64,000 nucleotides of DNA from an uncultured Alphaproteobacteria bacterium (GTDB lineage: Bacteria > Pseudomonadota > Alphaproteobacteria > Rhodospirillales > Defluviicoccaceae): assembly GCA_963805915.1 (NCBI GenBank), contig CAWDWD010000018.1, forward strand, positions 17,737-81,736, given 5' to 3'. The position numbers and the translations under genes are program-made. Positions within the stretch are counted from its first letter, which is position 1; every line of letters begins with the position of its first letter. A model generated the notes under the pieces. That model saw only the letters and a list, made by a program, of their open reading frames with translations. It was not told where the DNA came from and did not search any database. Below are positions 38,052 through 47,877 of this stretch, in pieces.

Positions 38052-39331
38052 TATCTTGTCACCAAAACAGCGCGAAAGTCGTTGACGTTGGTGCGGGTCG
38101 GTCCGGTAACGATCAGATCACCGACAGCCGAAAATAGTCGGTAGCTGTCGTTTTCGGCCAGCATCGTCTTTGCGTTAAGTCCGATCGCTGTCGCCCGGGC
38201 CAAGCTGTCGGGGCGGATGATGGCCCCCGCATTTTCTTCGATGCCGTCGATGCCGTCAGTATCGGCTGCGAGCGCCCATACTCTCGGATGACCATCGAGG
38301 GCGACCGCGAGGCCCAGCAAGAACTCGCCATTGCGCCCGCCACGACCGTCGCCGCGGATGGTCACGGTCGTCTCCCCTCCGGAAAGAATGACACACGGCG
38401 GCGCGGCCGGTTGCCCGTGAAGTGCCGCCTGCTTGGCTATCCCTGCATGGACCAGGGCAACATCGCGGGCTTCGCCCTCAATCGCATTACCTAGTATCAA
38501 CGGCCGGTAGCCGGCTGCCTCGATAACAGACGCCGCTGCTTCAAGCGCGTCTTGTGGCGTCGCAACCATTTCGATGCGGCTGTTGGCGAGACGCGCGTCT
38601 CCCGGCTTCGGTGTCTCGGCCGCATCACTTTCCAGGTGGGCGCGAACCTGCGCCGGAACGTCGAGGCGGTACTTGTCGATCACCGCTACCGCGTCCTTCG
38701 ACGTAGTCGGATCGGCGACGGTCGGCCCCGAGGCGATCACCGAGGGATCGTCGCCGGGAACGTCGGAAATCAAAAGAGCGACCACCGGCGCCGGCGCCGC
38801 CGCTGCGGCCAGCCTGCCGCCCTTGATTGCGGAGAGGTGCTTGCGAACACAGTTGATCTCGGCGATCGTCGCTCCGCACTTGAGCAATCCTCTGGTCACG
38901 TTCTGCTTGTCGGCCAGGGTGAGGCCCGGCGCCGGAAGGGCCATCAGCGCCGAGCCGCCGCCGGAGATCAGACACAACAGGAGATCGTCGGGGCCGAGAC
39001 CGCCGGCGAGCGCAAGAATCCGCGCCGCGGCGCTTTGGCTGGCCTCGTCGGGATTGGGATGAGCGGCTTCAATTACCTCGATGCGATCGGTCTTGAGCCC
39101 ATGATTGTAGCGGGTCACAACCAGCCCGGAAAGCTCGCCGGTCCACCCCTGCTCGACCACGGTGGCCATGGCCGCCGCCGCTTTGCCGGCGCCGACGACA
39201 ACGGTGCGCCCGCGCGGCGGCGGCGGCAGGTGGGCGATGATTTTGTCCGGCGCGCGGGCGGCATCGACGGCGGCGGCAAAGGCCCGGCGAAGTACGGTTT
39301 CGGGGTCACCGCGGGAGAGTTCGGCCGACAT
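38051..39331 (-). CDS. glycerate 2-kinase (DUF4147/MOFRL, TtuD type)
   Basis: GRTVVVGAGKAAAAMA, ISGGGSAL and ILSGGETTVT motifs. The start ATG overlaps the gntP stop (TAATG). Confidence 0.8.
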   Translation of the reverse strand: MSAELSRGDPETVLRRAFAAAVDAARAPDKIIAHLPPPPRGRTVVVGAGKAAAAMATVVEQGWTGELSGLVVTRYNHGLKTDRIEVIEAAHPNPDEASQSAAARILALAGGLGPDDLLLCLISGGGSALMALPAPGLTLADKQNVTRGLLKCGATIAEINCVRKHLSAIKGGRLAAAAAPAPVVALLISDVPGDDPSVIASGPTVADPTTSKDAVAVIDKYRLDVPAQVRAHLESDAAETPKPGDARLANSRIEMVATPQDALEAAASVIEAAGYRPLILGNAIEGEARDVALVHAGIAKQAALHGQPAAPPCVILSGGETTVTIRGDGRGGRNGEFLLGLAVALDGHPRVWALAADTDGIDGIEENAGAIIRPDSLARATAIGLNAKTMLAENDSYRLFSAVGDLIVTGPTRTNVNDFRAVLVTR

Positions 39332-40677
39332 TACAGCACAACCATGCTGACGATCCAAACGGCGGTTGCGGCGACCACGCCCTCGACCAGCGTGCCGACG
39401 GTCTGAAGCTTGTAGCCTGTCGGCGGATCCATGTTGGAGAACTGGGTGACGACCCAGAAGAAGCTGTCGTTGGCGTGGGAGACCACCATCGCGCCGGCGC
39501 CGATGGCGACGACGACCAGCGCTTTGGCCGTGTCGCCGTCGAGGCCAAGCGAGGCGAGCAGCGGCGCCATCAGGCCGGCGGTCGTGATGATCGCAACGGT
39601 CGACGAACCCTGCGCCGTCTTGATCCCCGCCGCGATGAAAAACGGCAGGAGGATGCCGATCCGGGTGTCGGCGAGGGTCTGACCGACGACGGTGGCGATG
39701 CCCGAGTTCTGCAGGACCTTGCCGAAGGCGCCGCCGGCGCCGGTAATGATGATGATGGTCGCGGCGGCGAGGATGGCCTCGCCAACCCAGCCCTTGTCGG
39801 CCAGCATCGAGCGCTCGAGCTTCTTCGGCAGCAGCATCGCCAGGCCGACGCCGATAAGCAGCGCGACCACCGGCTGACCGATGAAGCCAAGGGCCGCATA
39901 GACCTGCGACTGGCCGAACGGCTTGGTCGGAAACTCAGCGATCGAGCGCAGGACGATTAGCACGATCGGGATTAGGATCGGCAGCAGCGATTTTACGGGC
40001 CCTGGGCTGTCGGCAGTCAATGGCGGCGGCGGACTGTCGGTGACGCCCTCGGTCAGGGCGTCGGGGGAAACGTAGATGCGGCTGGCGACGGTGACGGCGA
40101 AGACCCAGCCGGCGAAGCAGGCGATGGCCGCGATCAGCAGCCCCCACATGATGACAAGGCCGAGATCGGCGCCAATGATGCCGGCCGCGGCGATCGGTCC
40201 CGGCGTCGGCGGCACCATCGTGTGCGTCGCGTAAAGGCCGAGGCTCAGTGCGATGGCGGTGGTCGCGAGCGAAATGCCGGCGCGCCGGGTCAGCGCCTTG
40301 TTGAGCGCCGAAAGAATGACAAAGCCGGAATCGCAAAACACCGGGATCGAGACGACGAAGCCCATGATCGACATGGTCGCGGGAACATTCCGCTCGCCCG
40401 TCACCTTCAGGATGCTCTCGGCCAGCCGGTAGGCCCCGCCCGATTTCTCCAGGAACGTGCCGATGATGGATCCGGCGAGAATGACAATGCCGATGTAGCC
40501 GATCGTCCCGCCGAAGCCATCATTGACGGACTTGACGACATCGGCGAGCGGCATACCCGAGAAAATGCCAAAGCCGAACGCCGTGATCAGCAGCGCCAGG
40601 AACGGATGCATCCCAAGCCGGGCAGTCGCGAAGATGATAAAGGCAATGGCAACAAGCAGCAGAACGACGAGCAGCAT
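39331..40677 (-). CDS. GntP-family permease
   Basis: 448-aa polytopic protein. The N-terminus LLITAFGFGIFSGMPLADVVKSVNDGFGGTIGYIGIVILAGSIIG is typical of gluconate:H+ symporters. Confidence 0.8.
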   Translation of the reverse strand: MLLVVLLLVAIAFIIFATARLGMHPFLALLITAFGFGIFSGMPLADVVKSVNDGFGGTIGYIGIVILAGSIIGTFLEKSGGAYRLAESILKVTGERNVPATMSIMGFVVSIPVFCDSGFVILSALNKALTRRAGISLATTAIALSLGLYATHTMVPPTPGPIAAAGIIGADLGLVIMWGLLIAAIACFAGWVFAVTVASRIYVSPDALTEGVTDSPPPPLTADSPGPVKSLLPILIPIVLIVLRSIAEFPTKPFGQSQVYAALGFIGQPVVALLIGVGLAMLLPKKLERSMLADKGWVGEAILAAATIIIITGAGGAFGKVLQNSGIATVVGQTLADTRIGILLPFFIAAGIKTAQGSSTVAIITTAGLMAPLLASLGLDGDTAKALVVVAIGAGAMVVSHANDSFFWVVTQFSNMDPPTGYKLQTVGTLVEGVVAATAVWIVSMVVL

Positions 40678-40821
40678 GGATGGCCCTCCCTGGCGGCCGC
40701 GTGTTGCGGCACGTTCTTGCGCTCCATGGAGTTGCTAACCGCGCATGGCCGCCAGGTCAACGGACCATTCCGTCCGCGTCAAAAACTCGGGTTCTCCGGC
40801 AGTGCCATCACTTTCGCGCTT

Positions 40822-42909
40822 TTAACCCGCTGGAGTCGGGCACGTGAGGAGCGGTTCGATCTCGATGGCGTTGATCATTGGCGCACCGTATTTGCCGGTG
40901 AAGCCGATGTCGATATGGCCGTCGCGAACGATTACGTCGTTAAACGTCTTGACGAGTGCCTTGCGGGCGCCGCCGGCTTCGTCGAACACGTCGAGGTCGG
41001 CGAGGATCCGATCTTCGACCGAGACCGAGAAAACCCGTTTGGCTTTCGCCGTGACGTCGGGCGAGGTCTCGGCAAAATGAAGCCGCACCGTGTAAATTCC
41101 CACCGGAATTGGAGCCGTATAACCGGCGACGCCCCAACGCTCCGTGCGGTAGATGCGCTCATCGTCGGCTCCGGCGATCCCAATCGAACCCCGGTCAACC
41201 GTTGATCCGCCGGAGAAGCCGTCATCGGCCGTCCATTGCCGTCCCAGGGCATCAGTATGTGTCTGGTTACTGCCAGCGTCGACGCGAAGCGGAAGAATAT
41301 TCTTGGCGACGTCCGTACCCGCCGAGGCTGGCAGGTCAGCGAAATCGGCATAGTGGTTGAAGTTTCGCGAAACCGATACGCCGTCCCATTGAACCGGTCT
41401 ATCGGTAATGTCGAGCAGGCCGTCACCCTGCCAGACGACATCGTCCTTGCTACCGTCGTGATCGAGGTCGCGCTTGACCACGAAGTGAGGGACCCCCAGT
41501 TCGGACAAGCTATAACTCGTCGAGGCCTGAACGGTTTCGAGGTCGTCCATGAAGGCTTGGCCGGCGGGCAGGGCAATCGGCCCCGTAGTTTTTCCGGCGA
41601 GCTCGACATAAAGATCCGCCGGCTCCTTCAGCAACGAGGTGATATAGATCCGGTCGGGGGGAAGCGCGCGGCCGGAAGTGCCAAGGATATCCGGCGTTGC
41701 ACTCTTGCAAAAGTCCCCAGTGGGAGCCGGCAGGTTGGCTGGATGTTGCCGGTAAGTCCACTCGATGGATTCGTTTTCGATTTCCGGCTTCTTGCCGCTC
41801 AGAAACCATTTGCTGAGCTCGCTGTCGAGCCGCCAGAACCCCCTGTGCGTCCAGTTCGAGACGCTATAGTTGTATTTGAAAAAGGGAAAAGGCGTCGTCG
41901 CTTTACGATACCAGGGGCGGTTCGGGTCCGGATCGAGCGCCGGACCGTGTATCGCGTCCTCGCCGTAATCCCCCCATAGGGTCAGCCAGACGTAGTCGAT
42001 TGACGTCGAGCCCAACCTCGAAAGCACCCCGCCTGGCAGCGCTGCGCGCCACGCTTTGACAAAGCCTTCAAACCCGTGGTGGAACATCATCGCGGGTCGC
42101 GTCGCCTTCGGAGTGGATGAGCAGGGCCCTGTCTTGCTGCAGTTGCTCGCGCGCGACGTGGGGATACCCGGCGAGAACGAGACCGCGTTGTTGTCCGCCA
42201 GAACCTTGATGTCTTGTTGGTTCTGGTGATGGGCTGGGTTACCACTAAAGAAATGATACCAGGAAAAGGGCACGCCGGCACTGGCGAACGGCTTCTTGCA
42301 GTTGCTCACCGCTTTATTGAAGGCACTTGCATTGCCCGGGTGAAAATATCCCCAGAAATGGGGTGTGCCCAGTCCTTCGTTCTTTATCGGGTTGATAATG
42401 TTGTTGAGGTAATACTGCGCGTCGCAACCGTGGGGGTTCCACGCGCCAATAATAGGCTTGCCTTCCTTGGTGCAATGCGTTCCGCTTCGGTCGGATTTGC
42501 GAAACACTTCGACGGCATCGGCCGATTGCCAGCCTAAATCATCATAAATCGGAAACTGGCAGAAGTCCGTGCCCGGATGCTCGTTATTGTATTCTTGGAC
42601 GGCGTCCGCGAAATATCCGATGCGCTGTATTCTTCCAAGACCGGGGAAAACATCGAGCGCCGCGACCCGAGCGCCGGCTTCTACCATGTTGCCGATGCTC
42701 TTTTTGTAGTTATCGATTAGCTCTCGAGCAGAATACTTGTTCAACTCCGGCGGGCACTGATCGACGTGATCCGGACAGTTCATGAACGTCATAACGACGA
42801 CCGCCCTGCGCGGCAGTTCCACTCTTGCATCAGCCGGGCTGGAATTAACGAAAGCCGCCCAGACGCCGCCGATGGCAAATATCGTTTTCAAAATTTGGGC
42901 TGGTTTCAA
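40822..42909 (-). CDS. secreted protein: GH71-like (alpha-1,3-glucanase-like) region + C-terminal malectin domain
   Basis: Signal peptide MKPAQILKTIFAIGGVWAAFVNSSPADA. LWGDYGEDAIHGP resembles the GH71 motif WNDYGESHYIGP. The C-terminal RIYRTERWG...VRLHFAE...INAIEIEP resembles malectin. Confidence 0.6.
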   Translation of the reverse strand: MKPAQILKTIFAIGGVWAAFVNSSPADARVELPRRAVVVMTFMNCPDHVDQCPPELNKYSARELIDNYKKSIGNMVEAGARVAALDVFPGLGRIQRIGYFADAVQEYNNEHPGTDFCQFPIYDDLGWQSADAVEVFRKSDRSGTHCTKEGKPIIGAWNPHGCDAQYYLNNIINPIKNEGLGTPHFWGYFHPGNASAFNKAVSNCKKPFASAGVPFSWYHFFSGNPAHHQNQQDIKVLADNNAVSFSPGIPTSRASNCSKTGPCSSTPKATRPAMMFHHGFEGFVKAWRAALPGGVLSRLGSTSIDYVWLTLWGDYGEDAIHGPALDPDPNRPWYRKATTPFPFFKYNYSVSNWTHRGFWRLDSELSKWFLSGKKPEIENESIEWTYRQHPANLPAPTGDFCKSATPDILGTSGRALPPDRIYITSLLKEPADLYVELAGKTTGPIALPAGQAFMDDLETVQASTSYSLSELGVPHFVVKRDLDHDGSKDDVVWQGDGLLDITDRPVQWDGVSVSRNFNHYADFADLPASAGTDVAKNILPLRVDAGSNQTHTDALGRQWTADDGFSGGSTVDRGSIGIAGADDERIYRTERWGVAGYTAPIPVGIYTVRLHFAETSPDVTAKAKRVFSVSVEDRILADLDVFDEAGGARKALVKTFNDVIVRDGHIDIGFTGKYGAPMINAIEIEPLLTCPTPAG

Positions 42910-42969
42910 CGCAAGTCTCTTTCCATGCGATAATGAAGGTAGGCAGGAAAAACAGCGCTACTCCAATAC

Positions 42970-42999
42970 GCGGGCGCCATATTACAAAATAGCGCCCGC
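42970..42999 (-). terminator. hairpin between the two malectin genes
   Basis: GCGGGCGC-(14 nt)-GCGCCCGC lies 36 nt downstream of the stop of gene 43035..44699. No clean U-tract follows. Confidence 0.35.
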
Positions 43000-43034
43000 T
43001 TGGCTAAAGCGCCTTGCTTAGTAGTACGCCACTT

Positions 43035-44699
43035 TTAGTTGGCTGGAGCCTGGCATATCAACACCGGCTCGATCTCGATGCCATTAATCATCGGCGCGCC
43101 AGCCTTGGCCTCGAACGAAATGTCGAGCTTTCCATCGGTGACAACAACGTTGGAAACTGCCTTGACAAGCGCCTTGCGGGGTCCGCCCGCTTCGGCGAAG
43201 ACATCAATGTCGTTAACCAGGTGTCCCTCGATGTCGGCGGAGAAGATTCGCTTGCCGGAAGTGTCCACGGCCGGGGATGTCTCGGCAAAGTGCAGCTTCA
43301 CGTTGTAACTGCCCATTGGCACATCCACCGAATAGCCGGTCATGCCCCACCGTTCGGTCTGGTAGATCCGGTCATCCTCGGTACCGCCGATCTCAATGGC
43401 ACCACGCTCGGCAAGGTTGCCGCCGACAAAGCCGTGGTCGGCACTCCATGTGCGCCCCTCGTTGTCCAAGAAATCCGCGTCGGAGCCGGATTGGATAAAG
43501 ATGGACTGAGGAAGATCCCGCTTCTCCTTCACCGAGATCCAAAATGTCTGGTCAATCGACAGGCCCGCGCTGTCGCTTGCCCGTACCGTGATGCGGTGGC
43601 GCGGCGAGGCCGCATAACTGAACGTCGCTTCAGGCGCAACCGTGATGCTTCCGCTCGCTGGGTCGATCGTAAAGAGGCCTTCGGCGTCGTCAACGAGCGT
43701 ATAAGTGAGCCTGTCCGCAGCGTCAGGGTCGGCAGCGAGCGCGGTTCCGACAACAGTTCCGGCGGCAGCATCTTCGGCGATCGAGTTTCCGTTCAAGAGG
43801 ATGGCCGTGGGGGCTTCGTTGATGTCCCCTAAATCAATGGCGAAGTCCTGGGTTGCCACGTTGCCCCTGGCGTCGACCGCGCTCACGGTAATCGAGTGGG
43901 TTGTCGCTGATTCGAAATCTAGTTCGGCATCCGGCGCTACAGTGATCCGTCCGCTTTCCGCATCGATGAGGAACCGATCGCCCGCGCTATCCGCAAGTGA
44001 ATAGGTGAGGACATCGCCGGCGGCGGCATCAACGGGAGCGACGACCCCAATCACGGTTCCGGCGGGAGAATTTTCCGCCACAAGGTGGCTCAGACGCAGA
44101 ACGGTCGGGTGCGCCTCGTGAACCTCAACAACTTCGATTGCGTTCACGAAACCGCCCACGCCCGTGAAGGTGATGTCGAGCTCACCATCGTCGACGACGA
44201 CATCGTCAAATGTTTTGACAACCGCCTTATGGCTGCCGCCGGTTTCCGCGAAGATATCGATGTCGGTGATCTTCTGATCCTCGACCGCTACGGTAAACAA
44301 ACGCTTGCCTGCAACATCAAATGACGTTTCAGCAAAATGGAGGCGAACGGTGTACTTTCCATTCGGAACCTTGATAATGTAACCGTCAAGTCCCCAACGC
44401 TCCGTCTGATAAAGGCGGTCATTGTCGGTTCCGGCGATTTCAACCGCGCCCCGATCGACAACCTGGCCGCCAACGAAACCAGCGTCCGCCCGCCAAAGCT
44501 GGCCTTGGGCATCGGTATAATCCTGGTTACTTCCGGCCTCGATCCGCAGCGGGAACGAAGGATCGAGGGGTGACTCGGTGGGGACCGGCGGCGGAGGCGG
44601 TGGCGTCAGCTGAGCCGCCGAAGCCGAGTGTACCGCCTCAAGAGCGATCGGCAAGGAAACGGCCATTGCCAAGGCAAATAGAATTTTGCTTTTAGACAT
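43035..44699 (-). CDS. secreted malectin - cadherin-like x2 - malectin protein
   Basis: A signal peptide, then a PPPPPP linker. There are two malectin-like domains (LYQTERWG...LHFAETS, RIYQTERWG...LHFAETS). They flank two ~95-aa cadherin-like repeats (LTYSLADSAGDRFLIDAESGRITV; LTYTLVDDAEGLFTIDPASGSITV). Confidence 0.7.
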   Translation of the reverse strand: MSKSKILFALAMAVSLPIALEAVHSASAAQLTPPPPPPVPTESPLDPSFPLRIEAGSNQDYTDAQGQLWRADAGFVGGQVVDRGAVEIAGTDNDRLYQTERWGLDGYIIKVPNGKYTVRLHFAETSFDVAGKRLFTVAVEDQKITDIDIFAETGGSHKAVVKTFDDVVVDDGELDITFTGVGGFVNAIEVVEVHEAHPTVLRLSHLVAENSPAGTVIGVVAPVDAAAGDVLTYSLADSAGDRFLIDAESGRITVAPDAELDFESATTHSITVSAVDARGNVATQDFAIDLGDINEAPTAILLNGNSIAEDAAAGTVVGTALAADPDAADRLTYTLVDDAEGLFTIDPASGSITVAPEATFSYAASPRHRITVRASDSAGLSIDQTFWISVKEKRDLPQSIFIQSGSDADFLDNEGRTWSADHGFVGGNLAERGAIEIGGTEDDRIYQTERWGMTGYSVDVPMGSYNVKLHFAETSPAVDTSGKRIFSADIEGHLVNDIDVFAEAGGPRKALVKAVSNVVVTDGKLDISFEAKAGAPMINGIEIEPVLICQAPAN

Positions 44700-44727
44700 A
44701 AAATACTAGCCTCTGATAAAGTAAATA

Positions 44728-44751
44728 TCCGATACGCTGAATCGTATCGGA
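44728..44751 (-). promoter_or_regulatory. perfect 9-bp inverted repeat just upstream of the malectin-cadherin gene
   Basis: TCCGATACG-ctgaat-CGTATCGGA. The loop carries a GANTC (GAATC) site. It lies 29-52 nt upstream of the ATG at 44699. Confidence 0.4.
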
Positions 44752-44969
44752 CGATGTGCAATTTATATTTGACAGGTGATTGCATGAGTAACCCGCGCAT
44801 AGCCGCGGCAGTCTTAAGCTCACTGCTGCGGTTCTGTCGCAGGGCAAGCCCCGATAAAATGGGGTGCCGGATTGTCAGAAATGTTAGTACGGAGACGGAA
44901 GTGCTCTCATCTCCCACCGAATCGATTACATCGGCGTAAGCGCTTATACTTTCTAGCGGACGTATATCA

Positions 44970-45338
44970 TCATTGTAATGCCGCCGATACTTTGCTCCGG
45001 TCCCGCGTCGCCTTCACGTATGCAATTTCACAGTGTTTGCTACAGTATGGCTTGCCTGTTGAAGCCGGATTGCCGCAAAAGTGGAATGTCTCTTCGCCTG
45101 GATCTCCCATTGGCCAGCTACACATTCCCGCCCGCAGGGCGTCGAGGCTGATGATTTCCGACGCTTCGGCCTTTTCGACAGCGACCCGCCGTTTCGCAAG
45201 CCCAAGCCGGTGGACCTTCCCAATCACCGCGTTCTTGGTAATGCCGAGGCGGCGGCCGATTTCACTCGTCGGCAACTCTTGGTTCCACAACGCTATCAGC
45301 GTGGCAATTCGCTCAGGTGTCCAGTCGCCGAGGCTCAT
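44970..45338 (-). CDS. gcrA: GcrA-family cell-cycle-type regulator (short, phage-borne form)
   Basis: WTPERIATLIALWNQELPTSEIGRRLGITKNAVIGKVHRLGL at the N-terminus and CSWPMGDPGEETFHFCGN...KPYCSKHCEIAY at the C-terminus. Confidence 0.85.
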   Translation of the reverse strand: MSLGDWTPERIATLIALWNQELPTSEIGRRLGITKNAVIGKVHRLGLAKRRVAVEKAEASEIISLDALRAGMCSWPMGDPGEETFHFCGNPASTGKPYCSKHCEIAYVKATRDRSKVSAALQ

Positions 45339-45629
45339 CGAAATTTCCTGACCGTTCCGTTACGCAGCGTGTCGACACCAGGGCAGAAAACGTTGCCCTC
45401 GGTTTGGAGCGCGATCGCTTCAATCACCTTCGCCGCTACGTATATCCCAGACTCGGGTCAGTTTCCACTACATATTGATCGTCACCGACATGTGAGGGAT
45501 CACGGCGTTTTATCTGCCACACCGAGTGGCCTTGTCTCGGCGAGAGCGGCCAGTCTGATCAGAATTGCGCCTGCACGAGCGTCAATTCGTTACAAATCGC
45601 CGCCTTGCCGCCGCCGGCCGAGTCGATCG

Positions 45630-47156
45630 CTACAGCGCGAAATCCCGTTCGGCCTCAAAGCAGGAGCCGCCACGCCAAGGCTTGCTTTGCGTGCTGGCTC
45701 GCCCTTGCCAAGTCTGCAATGGCAAGCGAACTGATTCGCTCAGCAGACATCCGGCGACCGCATCCAGCCCGTCGTCTCGACACTTACCTTTTCCAGGTCG
45801 CCATTCGCGCATCTCTTGAACGAATGGGGTATCGAACACGCCCTCATGAACGGCAAGCCGGCCCGCGGCCAGAACAGCGTCAAATGCTTCGAGGATGCGG
45901 ATATCCTTGCTCGTCCTGGAGGTATGTTCCAGAACGGCGCAGTTCAGGCCGCTCCGGCGGAGTTGCTGGCGCAACAAGCCCGTCAAAAAGCGCCCTATTC
46001 CGTTGGTTTCAACGGTCACCGCCGGCAAATGCAATTCACGAACGATCGAAGCAACCTGTCGGCATAGTTGGGTCGCCTCGTCGACGTCATCCGCCAGCAG
46101 TGGATCGTGAGTGATATACTCTATTCGATGCAGCCAGTATGAGCCGGACTCATCCGTGAAAACGGCTGCGACGACGCTCGAGTCGCCCGTATCCGGCGAC
46201 CCGTAGGAGGGGTCCCACCAGCAAGACACAGATACCAGACGGGCGCCGCCAAGTGTCAGTGTCGCCGTTCTGTTGCTCTCACGGTACACAAGGCGATGAC
46301 CGTAGGAGCGAAGCCGCTCGGGATCGAGCCGGCTATCGGTTAGGGGCCTAGCCTTCAGCATCATTTGACTTTGGAACTTCGCCGGACCCGTGGCTTCCAG
46401 CAATTCCTGGATTTTATCTTTGGGAAATCGCTCGGGCCAGGCACTCTCGCCGCGTTCAGTCAATATAGGTAATTCGAGACGACTGTAAGCGCCCAAAAAC
46501 GGAGCCTCTTCTCTCGAACCTATATTATCTTGTCTACGATATATGCTGTGATAACAATGCGGTGTTCCAATATACAGCTTCATCCCATTCGGAGAAAGAA
46601 CGTACGCGGACTCTTGTAGGCGCTCGCGAAGCGCATTTCTTTTTTGCGCCGTATCCGAGTTGTTCGGGACTTCGACATCGTCGCAGATCAAGACGTCGGT
46701 TCGTAAACCGGTAATGTTGGCCGCAATGCCCTTCGCTAGTACCGATGGATCCCTTAGCTCGGCGCGCCGCCTGACGATAAATCGATCGGCGGCCCAAACT
46801 TGATGTCTAGCCGGCCGCAGTGGCGCGGTCAGCGGATGGCACTCGATCAATCTTCGCACGTTTCGAACCATCGTTTTTGCAAGTGAAAAGTCCCCCGCCA
46901 TAACGAGGATTCGCAAGTCCGGGTCCTGGAGCAAGAGCCAGGCGCAAAACAACCCGACCACCGACGACTTACCCGAGTTGCGAAAAGCTAGAAGAACGAG
47001 TTCGCGGTCGCCTGCGATTAAGCGGTCGGACAACCACCGCGCCATCTTCAGGTGGATGTCTGGCGTCGTCTGATCCTGGAAATGATTCCAAATCCATACG
47101 AATTCCGGGAAAGTTACGGTTCTGGCCGTGGTGAGGCCTTGCAGCGGTACCGGCAT
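45630..47156 (-). CDS. terL: terminase large subunit, T7 gp19-like
   Basis: LVLLAFRNSGKSSVVGLFCAWLLLQDPDLRILVMAG and TDVLICDDVEVPNNSDT align with my memory of T7 gp19 ([21 protein letters not shown]...LKILIVSAS; ADIIIADDVEIPSNSAT). Confidence 0.88.
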   Translation of the reverse strand: MPVPLQGLTTARTVTFPEFVWIWNHFQDQTTPDIHLKMARWLSDRLIAGDRELVLLAFRNSGKSSVVGLFCAWLLLQDPDLRILVMAGDFSLAKTMVRNVRRLIECHPLTAPLRPARHQVWAADRFIVRRRAELRDPSVLAKGIAANITGLRTDVLICDDVEVPNNSDTAQKRNALRERLQESAYVLSPNGMKLYIGTPHCYHSIYRRQDNIGSREEAPFLGAYSRLELPILTERGESAWPERFPKDKIQELLEATGPAKFQSQMMLKARPLTDSRLDPERLRSYGHRLVYRESNRTATLTLGGARLVSVSCWWDPSYGSPDTGDSSVVAAVFTDESGSYWLHRIEYITHDPLLADDVDEATQLCRQVASIVRELHLPAVTVETNGIGRFLTGLLRQQLRRSGLNCAVLEHTSRTSKDIRILEAFDAVLAAGRLAVHEGVFDTPFVQEMREWRPGKGKCRDDGLDAVAGCLLSESVRLPLQTWQGRASTQSKPWRGGSCFEAERDFAL

Positions 47157-47161
47157 AAGGA

Positions 47162-47548
47162 TTATTGAAGAGAAAGTCCGGCGTCGCGAGCCCGCAGAAT
47201 GACGAGGTTCGACAAGAATGCCGAGAATGCGGGGCAGTCAACAAGCAGCTCTTCGACCCAGGCTTCACCGAGAAGCGGTTCCTCGGCAGCAGCGCTTAAT
47301 GCGGCTGGCGTCAAAAGCGGGCTATAGCAACGAGCCTTCCTAGCTCTTTGGCGCTCAATCTCCACTTGCTTGAGGGCCTCAAGGTCAACTTTATGCTGTA
47401 TAGCTATCGCAGTATCGCTAATGCTGCGCATTTTCTCGACCTGCGAGCAGCTGGCTAGGAGCACCATAAGCGTCAAGCTAACCGCCGTTGACATGATTCG
47501 TGTCGTTGCATCACCTTCAGTTTTGTTTAAGTAACCGCCCACCTGCAT
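47162..47548 (-). CDS. phage lipoprotein in the T7 gene 18.5/18.7 position (spanin-like candidate)
   Basis: Lipobox LMVLLASC, a charged helical middle and a hydrophobic C-terminal stretch (AFSAFLSNLVIL). AGGAGGTAAATG joins it to the upstream ORF. Confidence 0.5.
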   Translation of the reverse strand: MQVGGYLNKTEGDATTRIMSTAVSLTLMVLLASCSQVEKMRSISDTAIAIQHKVDLEALKQVEIERQRARKARCYSPLLTPAALSAAAEEPLLGEAWVEELLVDCPAFSAFLSNLVILRARDAGLSLQ

Positions 47549-47836
47549 TTACCTCCTACTTAAATCAGCTCTCGCTTCGTCAATAAGGGTCTCAACATCA
47601 ATATCTTGTTGTGTCAAATCTGCGCCAACACCTTGCGGAAAACGTTCGGCAAATCGATGCAATAGGATCATGTGGCTTAGCGCGGCGCGGCAGGCGGATT
47701 GCGCGCCCACGAAACCGTTGCAATCTTCCGGAAAAGCTTGCTCGACGCGCTTCATGTACTCTTTGAAGGCCATAAGCATTAAGAGAGACAAGCGATTTCC
47801 TATATAAACTGCAACCTTCTCATTGTTTTCAGCCAT
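47549..47836 (-). CDS. hypothetical phage protein in the T7 gene 18 position (small terminase candidate by position only)
   Basis: 95-aa ORF immediately upstream of the lipoprotein and TerL. I see no recognisable motif. Confidence 0.45.
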   Translation of the reverse strand: MAENNEKVAVYIGNRLSLLMLMAFKEYMKRVEQAFPEDCNGFVGAQSACRAALSHMILLHRFAERFPQGVGADLTQQDIDVETLIDEARADLSRR

Positions 47837-47877
47837 TTGTGATTATCCCGGAACACCACTTCAGATTAGACTTTCCA

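Noticed and set aside
43035-44699. Diversity-generating retroelement target, by analogy with lectin-fold receptor-binding proteins of Bordetella podophage BPP-1
   Set aside because: No reverse transcriptase ORF and no template/variable repeat pair were seen anywhere in the window.
45339-45629. Hidden small gene or packaging site in the 290-nt gap between TerL and the gcrA-like gene
   Set aside because: No minus-strand ORF of meaningful length is present. Only weak 5-bp hairpins and two GANTC sites were seen, which is not enough evidence for a specific call.
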